Shown: positions 30,001 to 37,529 of the stretch, one piece after another | Layout of the letters: the number at the start of each line of letters is the position of its first letter | How positions within the stretch are numbered: the first letter of the stretch is position 1 | Source of the DNA: Bacteroidota bacterium | GTDB taxonomy: Bacteria > Bacteroidota > Ignavibacteria > SZUA-365 | Length of the DNA: 64,000 nt | NCBI GenBank assembly: GCA_049663345.1 | Contig: JBATDG010000087.1 | Span: 33,695 to 97,694, forward strand | Direction: 5' to 3' | Notes under the pieces: generated by a model | What the model was told of the DNA's origin: nothing | The model's database searches: none | What the model saw: the letters and a program-made list of their open reading frames with translations, nothing else | Made by a program: the position numbers and the translations under genes

Positions 30001-32021
30001 TCGCGGGTCTCCGCCGTGCCATCGGAGGTGAGGCTTTTGTCGCCGCGGTGGAAGTCGAAGGGAAGTCGTTCGAGACATGGTATTCGCCGGTGTTCGGCGA
30101 CGGCGGGGAGGTCGAACACGTCATTGGTGTCGCTGTCGACATCACAAGCCGGAAGAAGACTGAACAGGAGCTCGCCCAGTACCGCGATCATCTTGAAGAA
30201 TTGGTCGAGGCGCGGACACTGGAACTCGAGCGTGCTAATGAGCGGCTGAAGCGATTCCGCTTTGCACTTGACAGCGCGGCCGACAACATCTACATCATCG
30301 ATCCGGAAACGATGAAGTATGTGGATCTCAACGAAAGCGCCGTCGAGGCTCTTGGATATGAACGTGAAGAATTGCTGACCATGGGTCCGTACGACGTGCA
30401 GGTGCATTCCGAAAAACAGGAGCATATGGAAACCTATGCTAAGGTGCGCGGGGGCACTCTCGAGGTCGGGATTTTTGAGACAGAGCATATGAAGAAAGAC
30501 GGCAGCCGCTTCCCTGTCGAGGTGTTTGTCCGCGCCTTCGAATCCGGTGATGCCCGGCTCCTCATCGCAACTGCTCGCGATGTCTCTCGCCGCCGCGCCG
30601 CTGAGCTGGCGCTGAAGGAATCCGAGGCGAAGTATCGCAACGTGTTGGAAAACGCGAATGAAGCCATCATCGTGCTTCAGGATAATCTGCTGCGTTTCTA
30701 CAATTACAAAGTCCTAGAGCTGACAGGTCTCTCTGATGCCGCTCTCAAGGATCTCCCCATCTTCGAATTTGTGCATCCTGATGATCACGCGCTACTTCGC
30801 CGCCAATATCAGGAGAGAGTCCGCGGCGGACTTCTGCCCGAGAGCTACGACGTAAGGATGTACGACAGCAACGGCACGATCAAGTGGATGGAAGTGCGCG
30901 ATGTGCTCATCACGTGGGACGGCAAGCCCGCGACACTGAATTTCTTCAACGACATCACAGCCAGGAAATATGCGGAGGATTACATCCGCTTCCAGGCTTC
31001 ACTGCTGAGCATCGTTCGCAACTCGGTTGTGGCACTTGACCAATCGGGCCGCGTTACCTATTGGAATTCCTTCGCGGAGACACTTTTCGGGTGGACCGCA
31101 CAGGAAGTCCAGGGCAGGAAGCTGAATGAATTCCCTACCTTCGGTCCCGAGTTCGAAACCGAGCTGCTTCCCTCAGTGAGAGCTCGCGGTCATTGGGAAG
31201 GCGAAGGCGAACTGCAGCGCAGCGATGGCACAATGCTCTCCGTGTATTCGATGTGGACCGTCATTATTCAGGACGATCAGCTGCGCGGCTACGTGGGAAT
31301 CGGTATGGATCTGTCGGAGAGGAAAAAGCTCGAGAAGGAATTGCTGCAATCCCAGAAGCTCGCCTCGCTCGGCATTCTATCCGAAGGCATTGCGCATGAA
31401 TTGAGGAATCCGCTAGGTTATGCCAGTTCCGCCGCCCAGCTCCTGATATCAAAAAAGGATCTGACCGAGGAGCAGCGGAAGAAATACAGCACAGTGATCC
31501 ACACAGGCGTTGACCGGGCGAATAAAATCGTCGAAAACCTGCTTCTCATCGGCAAGCCCAAGGGGCAGCTGATGAAAAAATCGCTCAATCTGATTGACAC
31601 TGTTCGTGAAGCGCTTTCCCTGATCTCCTCGCATCACAACGCCGCTGGCGTTCACATCGAGAAGCAATTCGAAGCAAAGGAACTCCTCGTGCTGGGAAAC
31701 AGGGAGATTCTCATACAACTCTTTTACAACCTGTTCACCAACGCTCTCGATGCCATGGCTGGCAGCGGAACGCTGCGGATTTGCGGTGAGCAGAAGAAAG
31801 GGCATGTCTATATCCGCGTCAGCGATACTGGTCCCGGTGTTCCCGAGCATATCGTAGAAAACATTTTCGATCCCTTCTTTACGACCTCCAAAACCGACAA
31901 AGGCGTCGGGCTTGGCCTCACGCTCTGCTATTTCATCATGGACGACCATGAAGGCCGTATCGAGCTGGATACCACAGCAGAAACAGGTGCAGCGTTCATT
32001 TTAATCTTCCCGGCCGTGTGA
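27048..32021 (+). CDS. Giant hybrid sensor histidine kinase (1657 aa): N-terminal receiver, at least 8 PAS/PAC repeats, HisKA and HATPase_c
   Basis: REC (LLDLHLPD), repeated PAS-like blocks, H-box LASLGILSEGIAHELRNPL, and N/G boxes near the C-terminus. Confidence 0.85.
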   Translation: MMTSDAPLHIFLIEDDPEQVAFLKVTLRTEQNSAYSLTHAASLGEAKVLLAELKPDVILLDLHLPDSEGLNTPREILALAPQIPIIIYSGNTDVELAIEAVRLGAQDYLLKGEAREPLLSRAMRYAIERKHTALELEQAHTILEERNAALEIARSELRSERDMFVSGPTILFRRDFTTGFPITFVSRNVSQFGFLQRDLMVEGFRYDSLVFSDDREGFRNLLTVRLSEGIENVEQEYRILDARGEIVWLHEVARIQRGADGEPIAQLAYVVDITRRRQAEKSLSSTRRRFDTILGSINEIVYEIDIHGRLLYISPAIERILGWEADGLIGQPFAELVVEEQREGWEESFARIVSGTVLACEFPLNAADGHEHVFQISARRQTDGTQVRSIAGVLTDITDRREMEHAIRNVRTQTQQYLDIAEVVFLSLDLSGSITLINKKGCQVLGYNEHELVGRDWFDLCIPEHIREETRAFFFRIVGGGETQTDVHENDVRTKSGEERLLRWHNSLMHDSRGAVIGMLSSGEDITDRRRIELEAKGSQELIDLALWGADLGAWEWDIHNDSITLNSRALSMLGYEAGQLPLFTQLREETLPIEDVSRLQEMMNAHLEGRSPFYQAETWIICRSGEWKWVLERGKVVEYDTAGAPLRVAGTYLDLTVRKYAEIALEDSEKKFRLLAENSSDIIWTVNADFELTFVSPSIEFVLGFTPEEMMDTDFFDAIDEDFLRDKKEQFITALRNSAARPPHDRTLRIEAPFVKKDGSILWVEVVATPILDHGGNLVSVHGNSRDIHYRRIAQQGLADSEGKYRLLVQNQTDLVIKMDLDGKFLFVSPSYCRMFGKTENELLLQPFFPMVHEDDRAAALDAMKKLFEAPFTSYVEQRALTQDGWRWLGWQDTAVLNDNDEVVAIIGVGRDVTERRMAERALIDSEKRLRTVISNLPVIMFTLNKDGKFTMSEGMGLESLGLTSGQVVGLSAFDVYANNPDVVAGLRRAIGGEAFVAAVEVEGKSFETWYSPVFGDGGEVEHVIGVAVDITSRKKTEQELAQYRDHLEELVEARTLELERANERLKRFRFALDSAADNIYIIDPETMKYVDLNESAVEALGYEREELLTMGPYDVQVHSEKQEHMETYAKVRGGTLEVGIFETEHMKKDGSRFPVEVFVRAFESGDARLLIATARDVSRRRAAELALKESEAKYRNVLENANEAIIVLQDNLLRFYNYKVLELTGLSDAALKDLPIFEFVHPDDHALLRRQYQERVRGGLLPESYDVRMYDSNGTIKWMEVRDVLITWDGKPATLNFFNDITARKYAEDYIRFQASLLSIVRNSVVALDQSGRVTYWNSFAETLFGWTAQEVQGRKLNEFPTFGPEFETELLPSVRARGHWEGEGELQRSDGTMLSVYSMWTVIIQDDQLRGYVGIGMDLSERKKLEKELLQSQKLASLGILSEGIAHELRNPLGYASSAAQLLISKKDLTEEQRKKYSTVIHTGVDRANKIVENLLLIGKPKGQLMKKSLNLIDTVREALSLISSHHNAAGVHIEKQFEAKELLVLGNREILIQLFYNLFTNALDAMAGSGTLRICGEQKKGHVYIRVSDTGPGVPEHIVENIFDPFFTTSKTDKGVGLGLTLCYFIMDDHEGRIELDTTAETGAAFILIFPAV

Positions 32022-32087
32022 CCTGCCGTAGTTAAACCGATCTAGCACACATAGCCCCTCCCGCCCCGGTCGGAGTGAGAAACAAGG

Positions 32088-32113
32088 AAAAAGTCCGCAT
32101 TTGCGGGCTTTTT
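32088..32113. terminator. Bidirectional rho-independent terminator (AAAAAG-hairpin-CTTTTT)
   Basis: CCGCA-TT-TGCGG stem flanked by an A-run and a T-run. Confidence 0.6.
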
Positions 32114-32175
32114 CCGTATGCATCGGTAGCAGAGAGACGACCGGGCTAGTCCGAAAGCACTATTCAATTCATTCC

Positions 32176-32195
32176 CTATGCAGATCCCTGCATAG
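32176..32195. promoter_or_regulatory. Perfect 8-bp inverted repeat CTATGCAG-ATCC-CTGCATAG inside a motif (CAATTCATTCCCTATGCAG) shared with the paralogous site at 34788..34835. It is a candidate operator
   Basis: Read directly. The paralogous intergenic region carries an expanded 16-bp palindrome built on the same TGCAG core. Confidence 0.5.
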
Positions 32196-32403
32196 TTTTT
32201 CAGTGCGCTGCATACTGCGAAGATTAACATTTTGTAAGATTCGTGCAGCATCATCATATGGATAACTGCTCCGATTTCCTTTCAGTTTTCAACCGTTGCT
32301 TTAGTGTTCGGCTCCTATCCTGTTGATTGACAACAGATCCGCATCACGGCAAGCAGGTCTAAATCCCCTATTTCAGGGGCAATTCCCCCCACATTGTGAA
32401 TTA

Positions 32404-32419
32404 TGGCACGATTTGTGAA
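32404..32419 (+). promoter_or_regulatory. Sigma-54-like -24/-12 promoter candidate (TGGCACGATTTGTGAA). The -24 box is perfect and the -12 box is degenerate
   Basis: TGGCACG sits about 55 nt upstream of the start codon at 32476. The paralogous position at 35014 has a full consensus. Confidence 0.4.
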
Positions 32420-32475
32420 CAAATAAGGGAGAATCGAAGACTAAGCTCATGATGTTTTATGAGGAAAGTGCTGTG

Positions 32476-34263
32476 ATGAAAAATCAGATACCGATTGGTA
32501 AAACAATTATCCTTGCAATTACACTATGCATGTTCGGATTCGGGACGCAGGCGAGTGCAGCAACACGGACTTGGTCCGCTTTTGCGGCTACCACTTCATG
32601 GGGGACTGCCTCAAATTGGGTTGAGAATGCAGTCCCAGCTTCTGGTGATGACGTTGTTTTCCTTAATTCCGCTACTGTGGTACTCGAGAGTGCGACTCAA
32701 ATCGGTACATTGACACTTTCCGCTGGTGCGGACGTCGGCTTCACCGCGAACGGCCTGCTAACCATCACAGGAACGCTTACCTTGGGTGCGGGATCAGAGA
32801 TCAATCTTGGGAATGGAACAGCCTCCTACCCGCTGCAATTAAATGGAAATATCCTTTTTGCTGATGGCAACAGTGCATCGGATCCTACTAGAATCTACTC
32901 TTCAGTCATCCCTTGGAAGCTTATCAAAATCAGCAGTGCTTCTCACATCTCCATGGGAGGAATTGCGAACGCTTACTTTGGTGATCATACGACGACGTTG
33001 ATCCAGCTAAATGCACAGCCATTCACTTCGGATGTTCGATTTGAGGGTAATCTTCAATTCACTACGACAAACAACATTCTGCTTGGGGCGAATAACTTAT
33101 ATCTGGGCAAGTCTTGCGAACTCACAGTTACTGCGGTATTCCCTAGTGGTGATGGATTTATTGCGACTGACGGTACCGCAGCAACTCCGCAAGGGACTGT
33201 GCGCCGTCAGTTTGATGCTGTAGCCGATTCATTTTATTTCCCTGTTGGCCCTGTCGGTGGACGAATGTCGCCGATCCGCATCAAAATTATTCCACCATCA
33301 ACTAGTGCTATCTTTACATCCGCTTCACCCTGGCCGTATATCTCTGTCCGCTGTTTGTTAAATTCGAGCGGATCGACAGGCGGACATCCGATGAATTTTG
33401 ATAATTCAAGAATCTGGGTGTATTGGCCTGTGAAGGGCGTCGGGATTTCGGAGCCTGCTTATCTTTCAGGCCGAATGTACCTCCATACGAATTATCGTAG
33501 CGGAGATCCTAAAATCTATTCTGCTCGTTGGACTCCGAACTACGAAGACCTCGGTTCGCTTGGAATATGGGATTTGACTGGCTCCTTACCCGGAACGACA
33601 ACAGGGAATACTCGGGAGGTGCCCTTTTCTGGATGCCCGGGTTTCGGAGACTTTAATATTGGAACAGGAATTGCCGGCGATCCTCTTCCCGTCGAACTCA
33701 CTTCCTTCAGCGCCCGCTACATTGATCGTTCGGTGCGGTTGAACTGGAACACAGCGACGGAGCTGAATAACTACGGCTTCTCGATCGAGCGTTCGCAGGA
33801 CAATGAGACATGGGAAGAAGTCGGCTTTGTGGAAGGCTACGGCACTTCGCTTAGTCCTAAGAGCTACACTCATACGGACATGCTGACGGATGACCTCGCG
33901 AAGGTTCCGCAGCTGGCCTATCGTCTGCGTCAGATCGATCGTGACGGCACCACGGATTACTCGAATATCGTGTTTGTGAAGACGGGCACATTGCCCGCGG
34001 GCGTAGAAATGTACGCTGCATATCCGAATCCCTTCAACCCCTCCACGACGCTGAGCTTTACGATTCAGGACCCTGCGACTGTGAATCTGAAGGTGTACAA
34101 TACCTTCGGTCAGGAAGTCGCAACCCTGCTGAGCAGCAGTGCGATGGATGCGGGCCTGCACACGGTCTCCTTTAATGGAGAGCAGCTCCCGAGCGGCGTG
34201 TACATGGCAGTGCTGGAGGCGAACGGTACGCTGCAGCAGCAAAAGTTTGTGCTCAACAAGTGA
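32476..34263 (+). CDS. Adhesin-like secreted protein: signal peptide, beta-helix-like N-terminal repeats, conserved pre-CTD module and a T9SS C-terminal sorting domain
   Basis: Signal peptide MKNQIPIGKTIILAITLCMFGFGTQASA. N-terminal TRTWSAFAATTSWGTASNWVENAVPASGDDVVF (autotransporter-passenger-like repeat). LNWNTATELNNYGFSIERS module. C-terminal YPNPFNPSTTLSFTI...GVYMAVL tail. Confidence 0.75.
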   Translation: MKNQIPIGKTIILAITLCMFGFGTQASAATRTWSAFAATTSWGTASNWVENAVPASGDDVVFLNSATVVLESATQIGTLTLSAGADVGFTANGLLTITGTLTLGAGSEINLGNGTASYPLQLNGNILFADGNSASDPTRIYSSVIPWKLIKISSASHISMGGIANAYFGDHTTTLIQLNAQPFTSDVRFEGNLQFTTTNNILLGANNLYLGKSCELTVTAVFPSGDGFIATDGTAATPQGTVRRQFDAVADSFYFPVGPVGGRMSPIRIKIIPPSTSAIFTSASPWPYISVRCLLNSSGSTGGHPMNFDNSRIWVYWPVKGVGISEPAYLSGRMYLHTNYRSGDPKIYSARWTPNYEDLGSLGIWDLTGSLPGTTTGNTREVPFSGCPGFGDFNIGTGIAGDPLPVELTSFSARYIDRSVRLNWNTATELNNYGFSIERSQDNETWEEVGFVEGYGTSLSPKSYTHTDMLTDDLAKVPQLAYRLRQIDRDGTTDYSNIVFVKTGTLPAGVEMYAAYPNPFNPSTTLSFTIQDPATVNLKVYNTFGQEVATLLSSSAMDAGLHTVSFNGEQLPSGVYMAVLEANGTLQQQKFVLNK

Positions 34264-34302
34264 GAGTGGAAAGAGAGAGAGCACATTAGCCGAAGACGTG
34301 AA

Positions 34303-34326
34303 GGCGGGGTTTTGAGAGGCCCCGCC
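34303..34326 (+). ncRNA. Conserved stem-loop in the cargo 3' region (GGCGGGG-TTTTGAGAGG-CCCCGCC) with no downstream U-tract
   Basis: The paralogous hairpin at 36927..36960 keeps the loop (TTGTGAGAGG) while both stem arms change in a compensatory way. Confidence 0.5.
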
Positions 34327-34376
34327 TCTCACGCATTCTCTGAAGAATTTGGAAGGAAACAGGTTGGAAACAGTGA

Positions 34377-34691
34377 ATGCAAATGGGAATCGATCAGCGG
34401 AGCAGAGTTATAATGGAGATACCGTTTTCGTTTTCGCAGTATGCGTATCCGTTGAACCCAAGTGCGACCGTGAGCTTTACCCTGGAAGAACAACAGGAAG
34501 TCTCCTTGAGGATTTATAACACGTTCGGACAGGTAGTGCACACGCTCTACGAAAACGTTCAGATGAAAGCCGGATACCATGAATTGAGGCTCTACGGCGA
34601 AACCTTCCCCTCAGGTGGATGCTACGCCAGGCTTCATACAAAAAATGGAGTTCAGCAGCGCACATTGGTGCTGAGCACCGACAACAACTGA
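34377..34691 (+). CDS. CTD-only minigene: a free-standing T9SS C-terminal sorting domain (104 aa) with no signal peptide and no cargo domain
   Basis: The whole ORF matches the Por-tail (YAYPLNPSATVSFTL...GGCYARL). It is about 80% identical to the second minigene at 37051..37365, and both ORFs are intact. Alternative start M13 (34413). Confidence 0.55.
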   Translation: MQMGIDQRSRVIMEIPFSFSQYAYPLNPSATVSFTLEEQQEVSLRIYNTFGQVVHTLYENVQMKAGYHELRLYGETFPSGGCYARLHTKNGVQQRTLVLSTDNN

Positions 34692-34736
34692 CCCCTGAGG
34701 CTACAACCAAGGTAGGTTGATAAAGATTGAGAGGAG

Positions 34737-34766
34737 AAAAAAGTCCGCCGCAAGCGGGCTTTTTTC
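34737..34766. terminator. Bidirectional rho-independent terminator
   Basis: A-run, stem AGUCCGC/GCGGGCU with loop CGCAA, then a T-run. Confidence 0.6.
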
Positions 34767-34801
34767 TTGTTACAGGGTGGAGGTATGCAATTCATTCCCT
34801 A

Positions 34802-34835
34802 TGCAGTGGATTGCATATCTATGCAATCCACTGCA
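34802..34835. promoter_or_regulatory. Perfect 16-bp inverted repeat TGCAGTGGATTGCATA-TC-TATGCAATCCACTGCA, preceded by the shared CAATTCATTCCCTATGCAG motif. It is a candidate operator
   Basis: Read directly. Confidence 0.5.
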
Positions 34836-35013
34836 TGCTATTTTCATTAAGATCACATATAAATAATCACGGGTGCGATTTAGGAAAAAGATGCTATATC
34901 TTAAATTACCAGTTGGAGGAAGCTGGCTATCTCGTTGTTTAGCTTTATCTAGCCGCTCATCTCATGAGGGCGTCAATGAGGACAAAGCATATCTTCAATA
35001 GAACGGATACTTT

Positions 35014-35029
35014 TGGCACGTTTTATGCA
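35014..35029 (+). promoter_or_regulatory. Sigma-54 -24/-12 promoter (TGGCACGTTTTATGCA), with the GG and GC dinucleotides at consensus spacing
   Basis: Matches TGGCAC-N5-TTGCA at every position except one. It lies 60 nt upstream of the start at 35090. Confidence 0.6.
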
Positions 35030-35089
35030 TTTGTTAAGATCAAATACGAATAGACGTGATGCATTTCAGTAAGGCAAGAAATACTAACC

Positions 35090-36891
35090 ATGCAGAAATA
35101 TAGACTGTTTGTGAAAATCGGCCTGCTGGCGGCAATCCTTTTCTATATGGGACTCGGATCTGACGCCTTCGCTGTCACCCGGACCTGGGTAGGTGTCGGA
35201 CTTGGCAATTGGAACACTGCTCTCAACTGGAGGCCTAGCAGCGTCTCGGGTATTACCGGAAACACCGGTGATGCCGTGATTATTAACACCGTCTCGACGA
35301 TTACCATGAATGCTTCTTCAAACATCACGATCGCATCATTGCCCATTTCTGCGTCGAGTGTTGGACTCATTTCGGATAAAAAGATAACCACAGGGTCATT
35401 GACGGTTTCAGGTTCACTTGTTCTCAGCTATGTGAGTGCTGGAGGTGCGGCGAACAATATTTTTGATATCACCGGTGCAATGAGCCTTACTGCTCCGGTA
35501 TTATCTCTCGCTCGGGTTCCTGGGTGAGTACGGATGTCAAGATAAATATCGGCAGGAGAGGTACAGGCACAATAACCATGGCGGCGATTGCGAATAATTA
35601 CATCGCCTACCATGTCAACACTAGTATTGCTCGCAAACCTGTCCTGCTTTCCGATGTGAGATTTGAAGGAGACATTAATCTGCCTTCAGGAATTTCTCTT
35701 GGCACTGATGACCTGTATCTAGGGATCAACGCAGACGTGCTTACTCCGAATGCTGAAATCGGTGACCCAGGGAACTGCATCGAAGTTTCCGGCGGGAATA
35801 CAACTCCCTCCGGTGTTGTACGCAAACAGTATACTGCCGTAAATGACGCGTTCACCTTTAATGTGAGTCCCGGTACCGGCCGGTTGTCGCCCATCACGAT
35901 CAAGGTCATCAGCCCGACGCCATCCTCCTCATTTACAAGTGCTGTTCCCTGGCCGCATATCTTTGTCCGCGTCGTTCTCAATAATGGTGGAAACGGCGGA
36001 CACCCCGCGAATCAGCAGTCGCAAAAAGTCGGGGTTCACTGGCCGGTTAAAGGCTACGGAATCAACACTCCGGTATATTTCTCCGGTGTAATGACTTCCC
36101 ATAACAACTACAGGAACGGATCAGCTAACGATCTGTATTCAGCCCGCTACGCTCCAAGCTACGAAGATAACCTTTTTAATAGCGGTTGGGACCTCACCGG
36201 AACACAGCAAGTCACGACTACGAGCGGTGACCTTCGAAGCGTCCCGTTTAACGGCTTCCCCGGCTTTGGTGATTTCACCATCGGTTTTGGAGATCCCTTT
36301 GGCGGCGACCCTGTACCCGTCGAGCTCACTTCCTTCAGCGCACGCTATATCGATGGTTCGGTTCGCTTGAACTGGAATACCGCGACCGAGCTTAATAACT
36401 TCGGCTTCGCCATCGAGCGTTCGCAGGATTCGAAGAACTGGGAAGAAGTCGGCTTCGTGCAGGGCTACGGAACTTCCAGCAGCCCGAAGAGCTATTCGCA
36501 TACCGATGTGCTTACGGACGACCTTGCACGCACTCCGCAGCTCGCTTACCGTCTGCGTCAGATGGATCGCGACGGCACAATTGATTACTCGAACATCGTT
36601 TTTGTCAAAACGGGCGAACTGCCCGCCGGCGTCGAACTTTACGCTGCCTATCCGAATCCCTTCAACCCCGCAACTACGATCAGCTTTACTGTCAAGGAGT
36701 CTGCGAACGTAAACCTGAAGGTGTACAACACCTTCGGTCAGGTAGTCGCGACCCTGCTCAGCAACAGCTCAATGGATGCCGGCCTGCACACGATGTCGTT
36801 CAACGGAAATGACCTTCCGAGCGGCGTGTACATGGCAGTGCTTGAGGCGAGCGGTGAACTGCAGCAGCAGAAGCTTGTGCTCAACAAGTGA
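35090..36891 (+). pseudogene. Paralogue of cargo gene 32476..34263. It is split by a frameshift near 35520 into ORFs 35090..35527 (signal peptide plus N-terminus) and 35524..36891 (beta-helix, pre-CTD module, T9SS CTD)
   Basis: The two ORFs jointly align along the full length of the 604-aa paralogue (145+455 aa). The frame changes from phase 2 to phase 1. This could be a genuine pseudogene, a sequencing error or programmed slippage. Confidence 0.55.
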
Positions 36892-36926
36892 GAGTGGAAG
36901 AGGTGAGTGAGCACAATTAATCGATA

Positions 36927-36960
36927 CGCGAGGCGGAGTTGTGAGAGGCTCCGCCTCGCG
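36927..36960 (+). ncRNA. Conserved stem-loop (CGCGAGGCGGAG-TTGTGAGAGG-CTCCGCCTCGCG), paralogue of 34303..34326
   Basis: Same loop sequence with covarying stems. Confidence 0.5.
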
Positions 36961-37050
36961 TAAGATTTAAAGTGAAAGACGGACTGGGGAATTAGGAATT
37001 ACGAATTAAGAATTACGAATTACGAACTTTGAAGAAGCAGGAAAGAGTTA

Positions 37051-37365
37051 ATGGAGCTGGGAATGGAATCGCGGAACAGAGAAAAGATGGATATTCCGTT
37101 TACATTTTCGCAGTATGCGTATCCGTTGAACCCGAGCGCAACTCTGAGTTTCACCCTTGACGAAGCACAGGAAGTGTCGCTGAAAATTTACAACATGTTC
37201 GGACAGGTGGTGCGTACGCTCTACGAAAGGGTTCAGATGAAAGCCGGGTACCATGAATTGAGGCTCTATGGAGAGACCTTTCCGGCCGGAGGTTGTTACG
37301 CGCGGCTCCACACAACAAAGGGAGTTCAGCAGCGCACGTTGATGCTGAGCACCGAGAATTCCTGA
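37051..37365 (+). CDS. CTD-only minigene 2 (104 aa, free-standing T9SS C-terminal sorting domain)
   Basis: AGGAAAG ribosome-binding site 7 nt upstream of the ATG. The sequence FSQYAYPLNPSATLSFTL...GGCYARL is about 80% identical to 34377..34691. Confidence 0.55.
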   Translation: MELGMESRNREKMDIPFTFSQYAYPLNPSATLSFTLDEAQEVSLKIYNMFGQVVRTLYERVQMKAGYHELRLYGETFPAGGCYARLHTTKGVQQRTLMLSTENS

Positions 37366-37412
37366 CCCTTGATGGTCGGCCGGGTGAGTTGACGAAGAGA
37401 GAGATTGAAGTG

Positions 37413-37456
37413 AAAAAAAGTCCGCCGTACGCAGTTTGCCGTAGGCGGACTTTTTT
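37413..37456. terminator. Bidirectional rho-independent terminator
   Basis: A7-GTCCGCC...GGCGGAC-T6. Confidence 0.7.
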
Positions 37457-37529
37457 CTTACGGTTGCTGATGTGAATTCGGAGTTCCCTATATTATGTAC
37501 GGAGTACCTAACGGAAGCAGCGCCGCAAC

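Noticed and set aside
34264-34420. Stop-codon read-through from cargo gene 1 into the CTD minigene
   Set aside because: The minigene is in a different frame (phase 0 versus phase 1), and in-frame continuation hits TAA after about 50 codons
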